A DNA stretch of 64,000 nucleotides, from the IMG/VR virus record IMGVR_UViG_3300048060_000074; one strand, 5' to 3'. Made by a program: the position numbers and the translations under genes. This document shows, one piece after another, positions 28,657 through 38,329 of this stretch. The notes under the pieces were generated by a model, which was not told the origin of the DNA, ran no database searches, and saw nothing but the letters and a program-made list of their open reading frames with translations. This DNA is from a virus. Each line of letters begins with the position of its first letter. Within the stretch, counting starts at the first letter, position 1.

Positions 28657-29160
28657 TCATTCCTTTTTCTCCTCCTCATACCTTTTCCGCAGCGGTGACT
28701 TGAAGGCGTAATCTGCTGCCAGTTGCCTGTATCGGGTCGGAGGGTCTTCTACATATCCGCCATAGACACGTACCTTGTGCTGCCGCAGAAACTTGTCCGC
28801 GAACCACCGGCGGGCCAGTTCTCCATGATCGTCGATGATGTATCCTCTGAACGCGCGGGCCATGTCCTCAAACCTCGACATGGGAACAAAAAAAACCCTG
28901 TTGCCGGTCGCGATGGATTCAACGGTTAGGTGGGATGGGCTGAACAACAACAGCGTCCTGCGTCTATTTAGGATCGAGAGTAGGCGTCTGAGGTTTTGCT
29001 TGGCCTCGTCGGACAAATACGTTATGTACATAGCATCTTTTGGGCAGCCCTCCTGGTCTTCTAGAAAGTCCGCCGCGTAATGCAGTGCGCTGGTCGTCTT
29101 TCCAGCCCCGCGCCTGTTGTAGATACGAACCTTTTCAAGCCTTTCAAGGTCTGTTCTCAT
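28657..29160 (-). CDS. small P-loop NTPase-like protein
   Basis: NRRGAGKTT Walker A; IIDD possible Walker B. Confidence 0.55.
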   Translation of the reverse strand: MRTDLERLEKVRIYNRRGAGKTTSALHYAADFLEDQEGCPKDAMYITYLSDEAKQNLRRLLSILNRRRTLLLFSPSHLTVESIATGNRVFFVPMSRFEDMARAFRGYIIDDHGELARRWFADKFLRQHKVRVYGGYVEDPPTRYRQLAADYAFKSPLRKRYEEEKKE

Positions 29161-29659
29161 TCCTTTTTCTCCTCGATCCTTCTCCGCATCCGCGCCGTGA
29201 ATTCCTCGATCTGCGAGGCCCTGAATGGCATCGTTGCGCTGCTGGCGCCCACCTGGAGATAGAAAAATCCGTTCCGGTATTCCATCTTGTATACGGGCCG
29301 CTCATGTAATTCCAGAAACGCCGCCTGGTACTCGTCGATGATCCTTAGATACTCAACCGACATCCGTAACCTCCCTCCATTGCGGAGTTGCCAGCGCTCT
29401 CGTGACGGCCTCGTGAATGGCCGCTTCGTCCACTCCTGCCACTGCTAACGCACAGACTAATTCGACGACCAGCCGCGCCAAAGCGACACGGAGGTACACC
29501 TGCTTCTGGCATAGCTCGGCCCGGCGTAAGGGTTCGCAGTGCTTGCAATTCCTGTCATACGCCACGCACCCCGCGCAGGTTCGGCCCTCTGGGCTGCCTA
29601 TTGCTGCCAGGGCCTTGGCTTTGGACATGTTTTCCAATGCTTCTGCTACTACAGCGAGA

Positions 29660-30331
29660 TCACTCATCACTATTTCCTCCCTGCCAAGGGCCGTCCGTAG
29701 GACCTGTTGGCCGCCGTCCTCTTTCACGGTCGGCGGCGCTTTTGTCTACGGCTCCCTGGACAACGTCATGCCCGTATGCATCTCCGGCGACGAAGAGCAC
29801 GACCTGCATATCAGACAACTCGCCTTTGAAGCTCAGTATATCGTACTCGCCCAGGCATGCCCTGTGCCAAGGGGCTTCTTTGTCAAAGTACCACCTGGCG
29901 AGCGCGCCAGCTATACGGACAGCGAGCCGTAACGGCCACGGAAGCCAAACATACTTTGCGGCTTCGGCCACCTCTTCTAGCATCTTGCAGATTTGTCTGC
30001 ACGCTAACTCGAAATCCAACCAGTATCTACCGCTACCGTCTTGGTAGTAGCCACGCTCACGAACGTTGTCCGCCACTATCTGCTGTGGCGGGGGAAGCTC
30101 GGACTCGACGGGCAGGGGCTCGTTTTCTTTCTCGTGCGCCATCCTCTCGATTTCGTCGATGATGCTGCCCTGGCAGTAGCGAGGGTCAAAGGAAATGAAT
30201 CGCCTACACGGCCTTTTTCCTCCGACAGCTATCACGCCCTTGATACTCAAGAGCTCGCCTCTGTCCAGGTCTGTCCACACAGAACAGTGTCCATCTGTCA
30301 CACCGTCGAACAAGATTATGTAATTTCTCAT
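29660..30331 (-). CDS. MazG-like nucleotide pyrophosphohydrolase
   Basis: RQICKMLEEVAEAA...GELSDMQVVL (EExxE...ExxD). Confidence 0.55.
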   Translation of the reverse strand: MRNYIILFDGVTDGHCSVWTDLDRGELLSIKGVIAVGGKRPCRRFISFDPRYCQGSIIDEIERMAHEKENEPLPVESELPPPQQIVADNVRERGYYQDGSGRYWLDFELACRQICKMLEEVAEAAKYVWLPWPLRLAVRIAGALARWYFDKEAPWHRACLGEYDILSFKGELSDMQVVLFVAGDAYGHDVVQGAVDKSAADRERGRRPTGPTDGPWQGGNSDE

Positions 30332-30779
30332 CGTTTCTCCTTTTCTGTCAAAATCTGCTGTCGTCAACGTTCCCTGGCGTATCATACTCCTCAGTTTCCA
30401 TCCCGTAGCTACGGACCTCCTTTAGGTGTGTTGCGCAGGCGTCCCACCACTGTTGTGTTTCATCTACCCAGTACCGACCCTTTGCAAGCCGAACAATGCC
30501 ATCTGCGCCACACAAATCACAAAAATTCGCACTGATTATCATTTGCCTGCTCCTCACACATCCAGATCCAAATACTCTTTGCTGTTCTCTCTGTAAGTGC
30601 CGGCACCGCCGCCATCGCACGAAATGAGAAAACTGTCTATGACCTCCAGCGTCTCCGTCTTGATGAGAAGCAACGTGCCACTTGCAGCAAAGAGCTGTAT
30701 GCCGTCTGGCCAGCGTGCACTCATCGCATCCAGCCGCCTCTTGATTTCGCTAGGATATAGTTTTCTGGTCGCCTTTCTT

Positions 30780-31553
30780 TTACTCATTGCCTGCTCCGTT
30801 TCCGCCGCTGACCACCAGCCACGATCCCTGGTTAGCTTCGGTCTTCCAGTTGTACAATGTGGTCTGTGACGGGCTCTTCTCCCACTCCGCAAGGGCCAAA
30901 GCCCGCACATCCTCTTCGACAAATGGCCCGTTCGTGTTTTCCAGGGTGGGGTACTTGGCCCTCCACCACCCGATACCGGGCGCACCTGGTCGGCGCGTGG
31001 CCGCTTCTGGTTCAGTCTTGACCACCTTCTTCTCAGAGGATCTCTTAGGAGGATCTCTGAACTTGCCATCCTGAATGGCAGTGGCCCAACTTGCACCCGC
31101 TCCCATCACAGGTTGAATCAATGCAAAGAACAAGGGGGCCAGAAACCCCACATCCACACCAGTGAACGGGACCAAGATGGTCGCTTTCGGTACAGAGCGG
31201 GCCAACTGCCAGGCAGAAGTGGCCCAGGAGGCAACTGCGTTGAACACGACGAACCCGAGAATGGTGTAGCTGTACCTCAACTTCCTCTCACTCTGACCCA
31301 CTCCCTGGTGAATCCGACCAAACTTGTACACCAGGTAGTCAGCCATCAGGTCAAGAAAGAACGCTAATGACTTGCCGTATAGCTCTGCGTGGTCACTTCC
31401 GACCATCGCGCTGGCCCAAAAAGAACCCTCGATTGGCAGCGCAAAGAACGAAGTGGCCCGAGCGGCCAACATCAACCCGTACTTGTTAAGAAAATGTCCT
31501 GGGATTGCCAGAAACCCTTCGATGCCGAGGATGAGTTTTTCAGAGGTGGTCAT
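30780..31553 (-). CDS. multi-pass membrane protein with C-terminal HTH-like segment (Spd/DUF2637-like architecture)
   Basis: about four hydrophobic helices, Lys/Pro linker, then WEKSPSQTTLYNWK. Confidence 0.55.
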   Translation of the reverse strand: MTTSEKLILGIEGFLAIPGHFLNKYGLMLAARATSFFALPIEGSFWASAMVGSDHAELYGKSLAFFLDLMADYLVYKFGRIHQGVGQSERKLRYSYTILGFVVFNAVASWATSAWQLARSVPKATILVPFTGVDVGFLAPLFFALIQPVMGAGASWATAIQDGKFRDPPKRSSEKKVVKTEPEAATRRPGAPGIGWWRAKYPTLENTNGPFVEEDVRALALAEWEKSPSQTTLYNWKTEANQGSWLVVSGGNGAGNE

Positions 31554-31729
31554 TGGATGGCCTTTATGTATCCCTCTGCCTGGATCTGCACCTCTTTGAC
31601 CTTATTAGGGATAATGTGCGAGGAAACGGAGGACCCCGGCGCTGTGCAATATAGGATGCGTATCATCTCGGATGTGTAGATAAGAAATTGAAGTACTAAC
31701 GTTTGAAATATGGTCATTCTTTCTCCTCG

Positions 31730-31745
31730 TTTTATACGTGTAAAA
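31730..31745. promoter_or_regulatory. 16-bp palindrome TTTTATACGTGTAAAA
   Basis: after stop at 31758, before GAGGAG RBS of a small ORF starting at 31716. Confidence 0.9.
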
Positions 31746-31757
31746 TCGCGTCTTTAG

Positions 31758-32069
31758 CTACCGCTCGACGACCTTGCCGAGAAAGTCGTCCCACTGCGAC
31801 TTGGCCACTGTGCCCTGGAGCTTGAACTGGTTCTGCCCTGCCGGTTGCATCCAGACGGACACCCGGTCCCCGACGACAAGGACGTAGTGCTGAAACTGCC
31901 CGGTCTCGTGCAACGCCAGGTGCAGGACAAAGTTCTCTGCCTCCAGGCCCGAGCTACGGGCCTCCAGGACAATCATTCGTTTGTAGATGGCATCGATCAT
32001 CTCCGCCGTCAACGGAGTTTTGTAGGCAGCGTCTCGATTCCGTTCCAGTATGTCAAGTGCTACACTCAT
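31758..32069 (-). CDS. hypothetical protein
   Basis: 103-aa ORF downstream of the 32.2-kb promoter. Confidence 0.65.
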   Translation of the reverse strand: MSVALDILERNRDAAYKTPLTAEMIDAIYKRMIVLEARSSGLEAENFVLHLALHETGQFQHYVLVVGDRVSVWMQPAGQNQFKLQGTVAKSQWDDFLGKVVER

Positions 32070-32197
32070 GTGTTTTCTGCAAGAGGGCCGCTTGGGGGCT
32101 GCGGCCCGTTGTTAAAGAACTCAGACGGCTACTCTTGCAGATCCTCCTTTCCAGTTTGCTATGAATAAAGTCAGTTCGTGATTTCCCCCACAATTCT

Positions 32198-32226
32198 ATT
32201 ATACTCGTTTTCCTGACATTTGTCAA
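32198..32226 (-). promoter_or_regulatory. consensus sigma70 promoter
   Basis: TTGACA-17-TATAAT. Confidence 0.9.
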
Positions 32227-32242
32227 GATAGTTTTTGGGGAA

Positions 32243-32271
32243 AAGGGGGCAGTCGAAAAAACTGCCCCCTT
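32243..32271 (-). terminator. intrinsic terminator
   Basis: AAGGGGGCAGT/ACTGCCCCCTT stem followed by TT on the minus strand. Confidence 0.7.
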
Positions 32272-32276
32272 ACAAG

Positions 32277-32498
32277 CTACGCATTCATGGCGCGGACAGC
32301 GACTATGCCTGCCCCAACCACGCCCCCGGTTATCAGGTACAAGGCAGCCCAGAACGCTCTGTCGAGTGATTCAGGAACGGGGCTTCCCATAAGAATCATC
32401 GCAAGGTACGTACCTACAATGCCGAGCACGACGATGAAAATCAGGATAGTGCCATCCTTGAGTAGTTCCCAAAATTTGCTCATGTTGATCTCCTTCAC
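32277..32498 (-). CDS. small two-TM membrane protein (holin-like size)
   Basis: AAGGAG RBS before MSKFWELL; two hydrophobic helices. Confidence 0.6.
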   Translation of the reverse strand: MKEINMSKFWELLKDGTILIFIVVLGIVGTYLAMILMGSPVPESLDRAFWAALYLITGGVVGAGIVAVRAMNA

Positions 32499-32814
32499 AG
32501 TATGAGCGGACCCTCATCCTTCCGCCGGGTCCGCTTGACGACTTGAACTTGCTTTGCCGACACGCGCAGATTCGGCCTTAGCATCCACGTGCCACTTTTA
32601 ACGACGTCAAACCCGGCGACTCCTATCGCGACAACGGCTCGACGGATCAGCTTCCAGATTTCCTCGATGACCTCCGGGTGATGCTCGCGGATTTCCTCTA
32701 TCGACAGATCCATCCAGCCTGGGTGGCGACCCTTCCTGGATAGCCTCTCAGCTTTGACGTTCTCTATATACGTTGGCAGCAAAAACGCTACGGCCTGATC
32801 GATCTCTGTTTCGT

Positions 32815-33531
32815 TCATATTACCTCCGGGGGCGGCAAGCCGCAACCATAGATACTTCCTGGCGCCCGCCTCGAAGGAAGGCAAAGTGGCGAAAGCCCGC
32901 GATACGAAAGCGGCCAAGAAGGGTCGAGACGAAATATTGGCATGAGCGGGTCGGGGGCGCTGCACGGGGTACTTTCAATGGCAAAGTCTGGGTCGTGGCC
33001 GGTGATAGCCACCAGTGCCAGGCTCTTTATTACACGTGTAATGTTCCGGGCCACCGTACTTTCTGGCACACCCATCCTAAGCGCATACATCGCATACAAG
33101 TCCGCAAGCGGGCTTCTCCCGACATGCTCGAATTTGTCACGGAATTTCTGCTCGCGCACGTGTTCGGACCACATCCATGGGCTCTCCCGTCGCACCGCGA
33201 CCGAATAAACAAAGCCGTCGCCCTCTCGCCCCGCTGCATCCCACGATACTTCGTACACGCCCTCAGCAGTCTTGGCATCGGGCAGGTTGAACTCTGTTGG
33301 CCTCGTATCGCCAGGGCTGCGGAAGATCGGGTCGACCCAGTCCTTAAAGGCATCTTGGTACGATGTGGCAAACACCTTGTCGAACGGGACTTTCTCGCAC
33401 TCGTGTTCTTTTTGGATCTCGCTGGCCGCCTCCGGCAGATCCAGCATGTCTTTAATCGTGAACGAGTCTACCTTTTCTCGGAATTTCGTGACCGCGACCG
33501 TCGTCGACGGCGCAAGTTTACTTTCTTCCAT
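32815..33531 (-). CDS. hypothetical protein
   Basis: AGGAGG RBS; MEESKLAP. Confidence 0.7.
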   Translation of the reverse strand: MEESKLAPSTTVAVTKFREKVDSFTIKDMLDLPEAASEIQKEHECEKVPFDKVFATSYQDAFKDWVDPIFRSPGDTRPTEFNLPDAKTAEGVYEVSWDAAGREGDGFVYSVAVRRESPWMWSEHVREQKFRDKFEHVGRSPLADLYAMYALRMGVPESTVARNITRVIKSLALVAITGHDPDFAIESTPCSAPDPLMPIFRLDPSWPLSYRGLSPLCLPSRRAPGSIYGCGLPPPEVI

Positions 33532-34004
33532 GTGTTGCCTCCTATCTTTTTGATTCCCGATTCTAGCCTGTCGGAGCCAATGTGTAATAAATCGGCTACG
33601 AGCAAGCCGGAGAATAGTTTCCCAAGTACCCAACTGTACGTCCAAATCGTTCTAAAGGCGTACAGCCACGACAATTTCCATAGCATAAGGGCAATAATTA
33701 TCGTGGCGACCGGGACAACCGCGAGAAGTGCGAACCTGATCAGAGTGCCGTATAGCGGTCCGTGCGATATCTTGCTTCTGTGTGGCACGATCTCGGCATA
33801 CTCATCCACGAATAACAACCTGCCCAACCACCCTAGCGCGCCAGGGTTCAAGTCCCAGTCTGGGCTCACCTTCAGCCCTACGAAACACCCAACCGGGATG
33901 AGGATATTCGTTATGTCTCCTGTGAGAATCGGTATCGCAGAAAGTGCAACGACCCCGATTATCGTCTGGTTTCTATGCCCCAGATTCCCTTTGTAGTTCG
34001 GCAT
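33468..34004 (-). CDS. DUF2227-like metal-binding membrane protein
   Basis: H..., SPDWDL, PHRSKISHGPLYGTLIR, LHIGSD. Confidence 0.75.
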   Translation of the reverse strand: MPNYKGNLGHRNQTIIGVVALSAIPILTGDITNILIPVGCFVGLKVSPDWDLNPGALGWLGRLLFVDEYAEIVPHRSKISHGPLYGTLIRFALLAVVPVATIIIALMLWKLSWLYAFRTIWTYSWVLGKLFSGLLVADLLHIGSDRLESGIKKIGGNTWKKVNLRRRRRSRSRNSEKR

Positions 34005-34482
34005 TTTTTTCCTTCCGCCTTGCTTCTCGCCCACGATAAGTGAGCCAAATTTCCCGCCGTCTCATCGCATCTTCTACATTCACGAGCCAAATCTTTCTCG
34101 GGCATCGGCGTCCATCTGAGAATATCGAGACGGCGGCTATTTTTCTGGCCCTGACCTTGTCATCACCTATCCAACTGTAGATGGTCATCTCTGGAACCCC
34201 GATCTTTCCAGACAGCTCTATGATCGGCAGTTCATCGCCCTCGTCGTATTCTACTTCTGGAAAGGTGGCTTCAAACGCTGCTATGCCCTTTCTTTTCTGC
34301 TTCAACCTGTATACTTTTGTGGCGTACTCTGCTGCGAACCTTGGGCACAATGCTGCCAGTAGTGGATCCACGACGGGGAAAAGCCCATTTCTCACTGTGA
34401 ACTTGCCAACCTCGATACCGTTTTCCTCTACGTAGGCCCTGGCCTCTGGCGAGAGAATCATGGCGTCAAAGTGCTCGATCAA
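33973..34482 (-). CDS. HTH DNA-binding protein
   Basis: LPIIELSGKIGVPEMTIYSWIGDDKV; TTG start overlapping upstream stop. Confidence 0.6.
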   Translation of the reverse strand: MIEHFDAMILSPEARAYVEENGIEVGKFTVRNGLFPVVDPLLAALCPRFAAEYATKVYRLKQKRKGIAAFEATFPEVEYDEGDELPIIELSGKIGVPEMTIYSWIGDDKVRARKIAAVSIFSDGRRCPRKIWLVNVEDAMRRREIWLTYRGREARRKEKNAELQRESGA

Positions 34483-34694
34483 GGCGTCCTCATCGGCCCG
34501 TTGCAGCGTGGGCAGATTGCATGTTCTTCTCGGAACACACACCCGCAGTACCAACACCTGTATGTAGGATTTGGTGCAACCAGTCGATCAAGGAAATGTG
34601 CACGGTGGTGGTCACTATGAATTGCATACGTTGCAGTACCAAAAAGGTATGTCGTGTCAAAAGGACGTCTATCTACAAGGCCAGTTATCTCCAT
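34479..34694 (-). CDS. zinc-ribbon protein
   Basis: CWYCG...CPRCNG. Confidence 0.6.
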   Translation of the reverse strand: MEITGLVDRRPFDTTYLFGTATYAIHSDHHRAHFLDRLVAPNPTYRCWYCGCVFREEHAICPRCNGPMRTP

Positions 34695-34723
34695 GTTCCC
34701 AAGTCGCCGCTGCCCAACTAATC

Positions 34724-36085
34724 TCACACCACTGCCTCCGGGTGATCCTGCCACTGCCCGGACCCGATGAATTGCTTTAGTTTGAGCACGCCGTCCACGA
34801 GAGCACAGCCTATTTTGGAATTCCCGCCCTTCTTGGCCGGGCCAACGAGCACCCCCGCGGCGTAATAGTTTCTGTAGGCATGTCTGATGTCCGCCTGAAT
34901 GACGTCTCTGGTCTTCCCGTCAACTTGCCTCGTCATCGAGCCCCTGACGTTCTTAAAGGCGTCCGTCTGTCCGGTCGCCTTGTCGCCGACTCGGCGGTTT
35001 GCCGCAATCTCTTTCCACAACCGATATCGCCAGTCGGAAAAGTCGGATATCTCGGCGGCTACCAACTCGTCTATCTCGCCTGGCTGGACGAGTAGTGATT
35101 TGCCTCTTTTTGGACGGGACATTTCGTCAAGTATGAACTCGCCCTTGGCTACCGGCAATTTTTTTGGCTTGTAACCAAGAACCACATCGGCCTGTGCTGC
35201 TGTTCGTACCCGGAAACATATTCGCCTGTCAAAGTTGATAGTGATCGTTTTTGGAATAATGTCAAACCGTGGATATTGGGTCGCGTAAACCAGGTGAATC
35301 TTTGCCCCTGCGGCCTGCATGGCAAGAGTTTTCATGGCCTGGATGCCCGGGTTTCGGTGTTCGTTACCTTCCACTGTGATTTTTCCGACCTCATCTATAA
35401 TAAGAATTGTGGGCCTGCGATCCGACTTTCTCTCGAATCTCTTCTGGGCCTCAATTCTTAGATCGACTAGCAACTTCATTGCCTCGTTCATGTCCCGAAC
35501 GTAGACACCAAAAGCCCCAAACTTATACAATTCCTCGTCCATGTCTGCTTTCAGGTCTATAATGTAGATGATCGGTCGCTGCGCTTTTGGTTTTGCGCAG
35601 AGCTGTATCAAGATAGATAAGATTTCATTGGTTTTACCCGTTCTGGTAAGACCGGCGACGAGGGTGTGCCCATCGCCCAAGTCGACTGTGATCGGGCGCC
35701 CCTTTCGGTCGTATCCCAAAATAACCGAGAGGGAACTTTTGGACAAATTCGGGTGCGTGGCTGCTACGTCAAGGCTGCGGGCAGCCACCGGCGGGCCCTG
35801 CGGCGCGGCCCTCTTGTCTTCCTCGATCTGCTTTTGCCACTTGCCGATGCGCTTCACCGTCTTCACGGCACAAACCACGACGAGGATGATTATCGTCGCG
35901 ATTATGTACTGAACCTTGGACTTGAACGTGCCGTTCCAGGCAACAGCGAGCAGGAACATTGCTGCTGGAATACCGAAGACCCAGCGCCAGCCAATATCCC
36001 TGGCGATGTCTCCTGGCAAAGCGACGAGTGCAACGATGGCCGCCGCAAGCAATACCCACGAGCCGAACGCTATGGACTTTTTCAT
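34724..36085 (-). CDS. FtsK/SpoIIIE-family ATPase with N-terminal TM helices
   Basis: three hydrophobic segments; HTLVAGLTRTGKT, IIDLK, LIIDEV, IHLVYATQYP, RRICFRV, GEFIL. Confidence 0.85.
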   Translation of the reverse strand: MKKSIAFGSWVLLAAAIVALVALPGDIARDIGWRWVFGIPAAMFLLAVAWNGTFKSKVQYIIATIIILVVVCAVKTVKRIGKWQKQIEEDKRAAPQGPPVAARSLDVAATHPNLSKSSLSVILGYDRKGRPITVDLGDGHTLVAGLTRTGKTNEILSILIQLCAKPKAQRPIIYIIDLKADMDEELYKFGAFGVYVRDMNEAMKLLVDLRIEAQKRFERKSDRRPTILIIDEVGKITVEGNEHRNPGIQAMKTLAMQAAGAKIHLVYATQYPRFDIIPKTITINFDRRICFRVRTAAQADVVLGYKPKKLPVAKGEFILDEMSRPKRGKSLLVQPGEIDELVAAEISDFSDWRYRLWKEIAANRRVGDKATGQTDAFKNVRGSMTRQVDGKTRDVIQADIRHAYRNYYAAGVLVGPAKKGGNSKIGCALVDGVLKLKQFIGSGQWQDHPEAVV

Positions 36086-36702
36086 TGCGGGTTCCACAAC
36101 CATTTGTTGAGCATCTGTTTCACAATTTCCTTTTCCATCTCTGCCGGTATCACATCGCGCGAAGTCCAGTCCCGGAGATTCTGAACGAGGAATTGATCCT
36201 CTGTCTCAGGCTCTAGCTGCTTGAACGTGATGGGGGCCTTCTTGATCTCCTCCATGAGCCTTAGCGGTACACGCTCTCCCTCAAAGTACACGTGCTTGTT
36301 TGAGCTCGCTTTTACACGTGTAAAACCCAAGTACTTTTCGTGGATCCAGCGTTTCTCTTCGGTCGCAATCGCGTTGATGTCGTCCCCCTTGTTGTGCTCG
36401 CACAGTATACCTTTAAGGCGACGCAATGTCGATTTTCCTCTGGGATAATCCACGATTATCCACCACTCTGCATTCCACCTGGCGATCTCCATTGCCAGGG
36501 GGATTGCGAGAATGAGGAGTGGGGGGATCGCCATTGCATACAGGGGGCGATAGAGGAGGCCAAGCCCTACCGAGACAGATAGCGAAATCGCAAGCCACCA
36601 AACAAAATCTGCCACTTCTTCGACTAGCTCGAACCAGTGGCGGCGGGTGGCGTATCTTAGCTTAGTGCCCTCAGGAGGGCGCCAGTTCTTGGGCAGCTTC
36701 AT
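36082..36702 (-). CDS. membrane protein, PH-domain-like C-terminus
   Basis: two TM helices followed by a beta-rich soluble part; start uncertain. Confidence 0.5.
   Translation of the reverse strand: MKLPKNWRPPEGTKLRYATRRHWFELVEEVADFVWWLAISLSVSVGLGLLYRPLYAMAIPPLLILAIPLAMEIARWNAEWWIIVDYPRGKSTLRRLKGILCEHNKGDDINAIATEEKRWIHEKYLGFTRVKASSNKHVYFEGERVPLRLMEEIKKAPITFKQLEPETEDQFLVQNLRDWTSRDVIPAEMEKEIVKQMLNKWLWNPQ
36310..36325. promoter_or_regulatory. 16-bp palindrome TTTTACACGTGTAAAA (intragenic)
   Basis: exact match inside a coding frame (GFTRVK). Confidence 0.8.
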
Positions 36703-36973
36703 GATAAATCCTTCGGTAGATTTCGAGAACTCGGCGATATCCCAACTTGAAAAAGATACGCCCATCGCGGATTTCAATGCCTCGGTTGAGGCTGATGCTC
36801 TCGTGTGCCCACTGCTTGGATCGTTCACAGATCATTGCGATCTGTTGGTAGGTAGGGCATTTTCCGCCTGCCATATCTTTGTACATTGCGGTTGCATAGG
36901 TGATTCTGTCGCTGCCGCTCAGAGAGCGGAAAACGCTATCGTCCTGTACCGCCTTGGCGATTCTTTCAAACAT
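36671..36973 (-). CDS. small HTH-like protein
   Basis: CPTYQQIAMICERSKQWAHESI. Confidence 0.5.
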   Translation of the reverse strand: MFERIAKAVQDDSVFRSLSGSDRITYATAMYKDMAGGKCPTYQQIAMICERSKQWAHESISLNRGIEIRDGRIFFKLGYRRVLEIYRRIYHEAAQELAPS

Positions 36974-37328
36974 AGATCGACCTCTGAAATACCCACAAAA
37001 TTCCGACGTGGCGACCGCTGAGGGTGTACACGTCACGTCGCTTGGCGAACTTGCGAATCATGCCGTTTCTCCACAGGTTGTGGAGGATTGCCTGAACGCT
37101 TGTAAATTGTGCCGCTGCCGGATGGAGCGACGGCAGCCCAATCATCCAAAGCGTGCGAATCATGCCTGTTTTGTCTCTCAGCAACTCGTATACTTCCTGT
37201 CTCTTGTAGCCGAGGGACGGATCGACGAGGCCATCCAGCCGCTCGATTGCCATCCTCGACGCCATGAGGTAGGTCTCCATACTTGTCGGGTACAGTTCAA
37301 GGTACGTCGGCTTCATCACTTCTGGCAT
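36966..37328 (-). CDS. hypothetical protein
   Basis: MPEVMKPTYLE. Confidence 0.55.
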   Translation of the reverse strand: MPEVMKPTYLELYPTSMETYLMASRMAIERLDGLVDPSLGYKRQEVYELLRDKTGMIRTLWMIGLPSLHPAAAQFTSVQAILHNLWRNGMIRKFAKRRDVYTLSGRHVGILWVFQRSIYV

Positions 37329-37421
37329 CGTTTTTCCACGACATGTAGAACAGAAAGACCGCAGCCACGAATCCGCCTGACAGACAGGCCCCGGCGTGTG
37401 TAAGAACAAGAACCACGCCGG

Positions 37422-37940
37422 CTAACCACTTCGGGATAAAGAGTTCCATGCTCTTTCCTTGTGTTTGGCCCTGGTCGCTAGGGCGATGGCTACGGCGTCA
37501 GCTTCGTTGTCGTCGGAAAGCGCAAGCCCAAATTGGCTGTTGATAAAGCGGAGCACTTTTTCTTTGTCGGCCCTTCCGTCCCCCGTGGCTGCCAACTTTG
37601 CCGTTGATGGCTGAATGCCATGCACTGGCAAGTGGTGGAAACGGGCCGCTGCCCGTATTGTGGCCCACGACTTGGCGAGGGCGATCACTGTCTTTGCGTT
37701 CATTTTTAGAAACGGCTCCTCGATGCCCACTACCGCCGCGTGTGGCTGCGCAGAGAAATTGGCGAACATCTCAGAACACATAGCAAACAGTATATCTAGA
37801 CGGTTTTCCATTGGAATTCTGCTCGTTCCAAGCCGCCACACCCCGCTCCGCCTGTAGCGGTCGCCGAAAAGCACACACCACCCGACGTTGTTCTGGGTGC
37901 CGTTGTCTATGCCGATACTGTAGAATTCCTGTCGTGGCAA
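37422..37940 (-). CDS. ruvC: RuvC Holliday junction resolvase
   Basis: IGIDNG, GIEE, PSTAKLAATGDGRADKEKV, SDDNEADAVAIAL; start likely TTG 37940 rather than 38099. Confidence 0.9.
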   Translation of the reverse strand: MPRQEFYSIGIDNGTQNNVGWCVLFGDRYRRSGVWRLGTSRIPMENRLDILFAMCSEMFANFSAQPHAAVVGIEEPFLKMNAKTVIALAKSWATIRAAARFHHLPVHGIQPSTAKLAATGDGRADKEKVLRFINSQFGLALSDDNEADAVAIALATRAKHKERAWNSLSRSG

Positions 37941-37945
37941 TGCGA

Positions 37946-38125
37946 TCAAAACGCTCTGAACCTTTCTGTGCCTGTCGCCAGGCGAATAACCGTCAACGCA
38001 ATAGAGCAGACAAAAAATGCCACGGCGGCGATAAATGCGCGTTCTGGATAGTCGTTGCCGAATACCCAGACAGCAGAGAAAAAGATTGCGGCCAGCCAAC
38101 TTATCCCTAGAAGGATGTTAAGCAT
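37946..38125 (-). CDS. small membrane protein
   Basis: AAGGAG RBS; two TM helices. Confidence 0.6.
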   Translation of the reverse strand: MLNILLGISWLAAIFFSAVWVFGNDYPERAFIAAVAFFVCSIALTVIRLATGTERFRAF

Positions 38126-38315
38126 TTTTCTCCTTCTCTCGGACGAACCACCGGGCGATTGCATCGCCCACCGTGATCCCTGTGGCTTCAGTATCGCCAT
38201 ACCGACCTGTGGTCGCATGTGCCCACAGGCGTATCGTCGCAAAATACACGAGCCACCTTGGCAAAAGCCAGGCGACCCACATCTTGAAACGATACCTTAT
38301 ACGATGCATGTACAT
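38118..38315 (-). CDS. hypothetical protein
   Basis: AAGGAG RBS; first gene of the leftward arm. Confidence 0.65.
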   Translation of the reverse strand: MYMHRIRYRFKMWVAWLLPRWLVYFATIRLWAHATTGRYGDTEATGITVGDAIARWFVREKEKNA

Positions 38316-38329
38316 GTCTCTCCTTTCAA

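Noticed and set aside
28657-29160. Second terminase or helicase
   Set aside because: Only 167 aa with a bare P-loop; too short for either
37941-38099. ORF-track N-terminal extension of RuvC
   Set aside because: Overlaps the coupled 37946-38125 membrane gene; the catalytic GID motif lies just after TTG 37940
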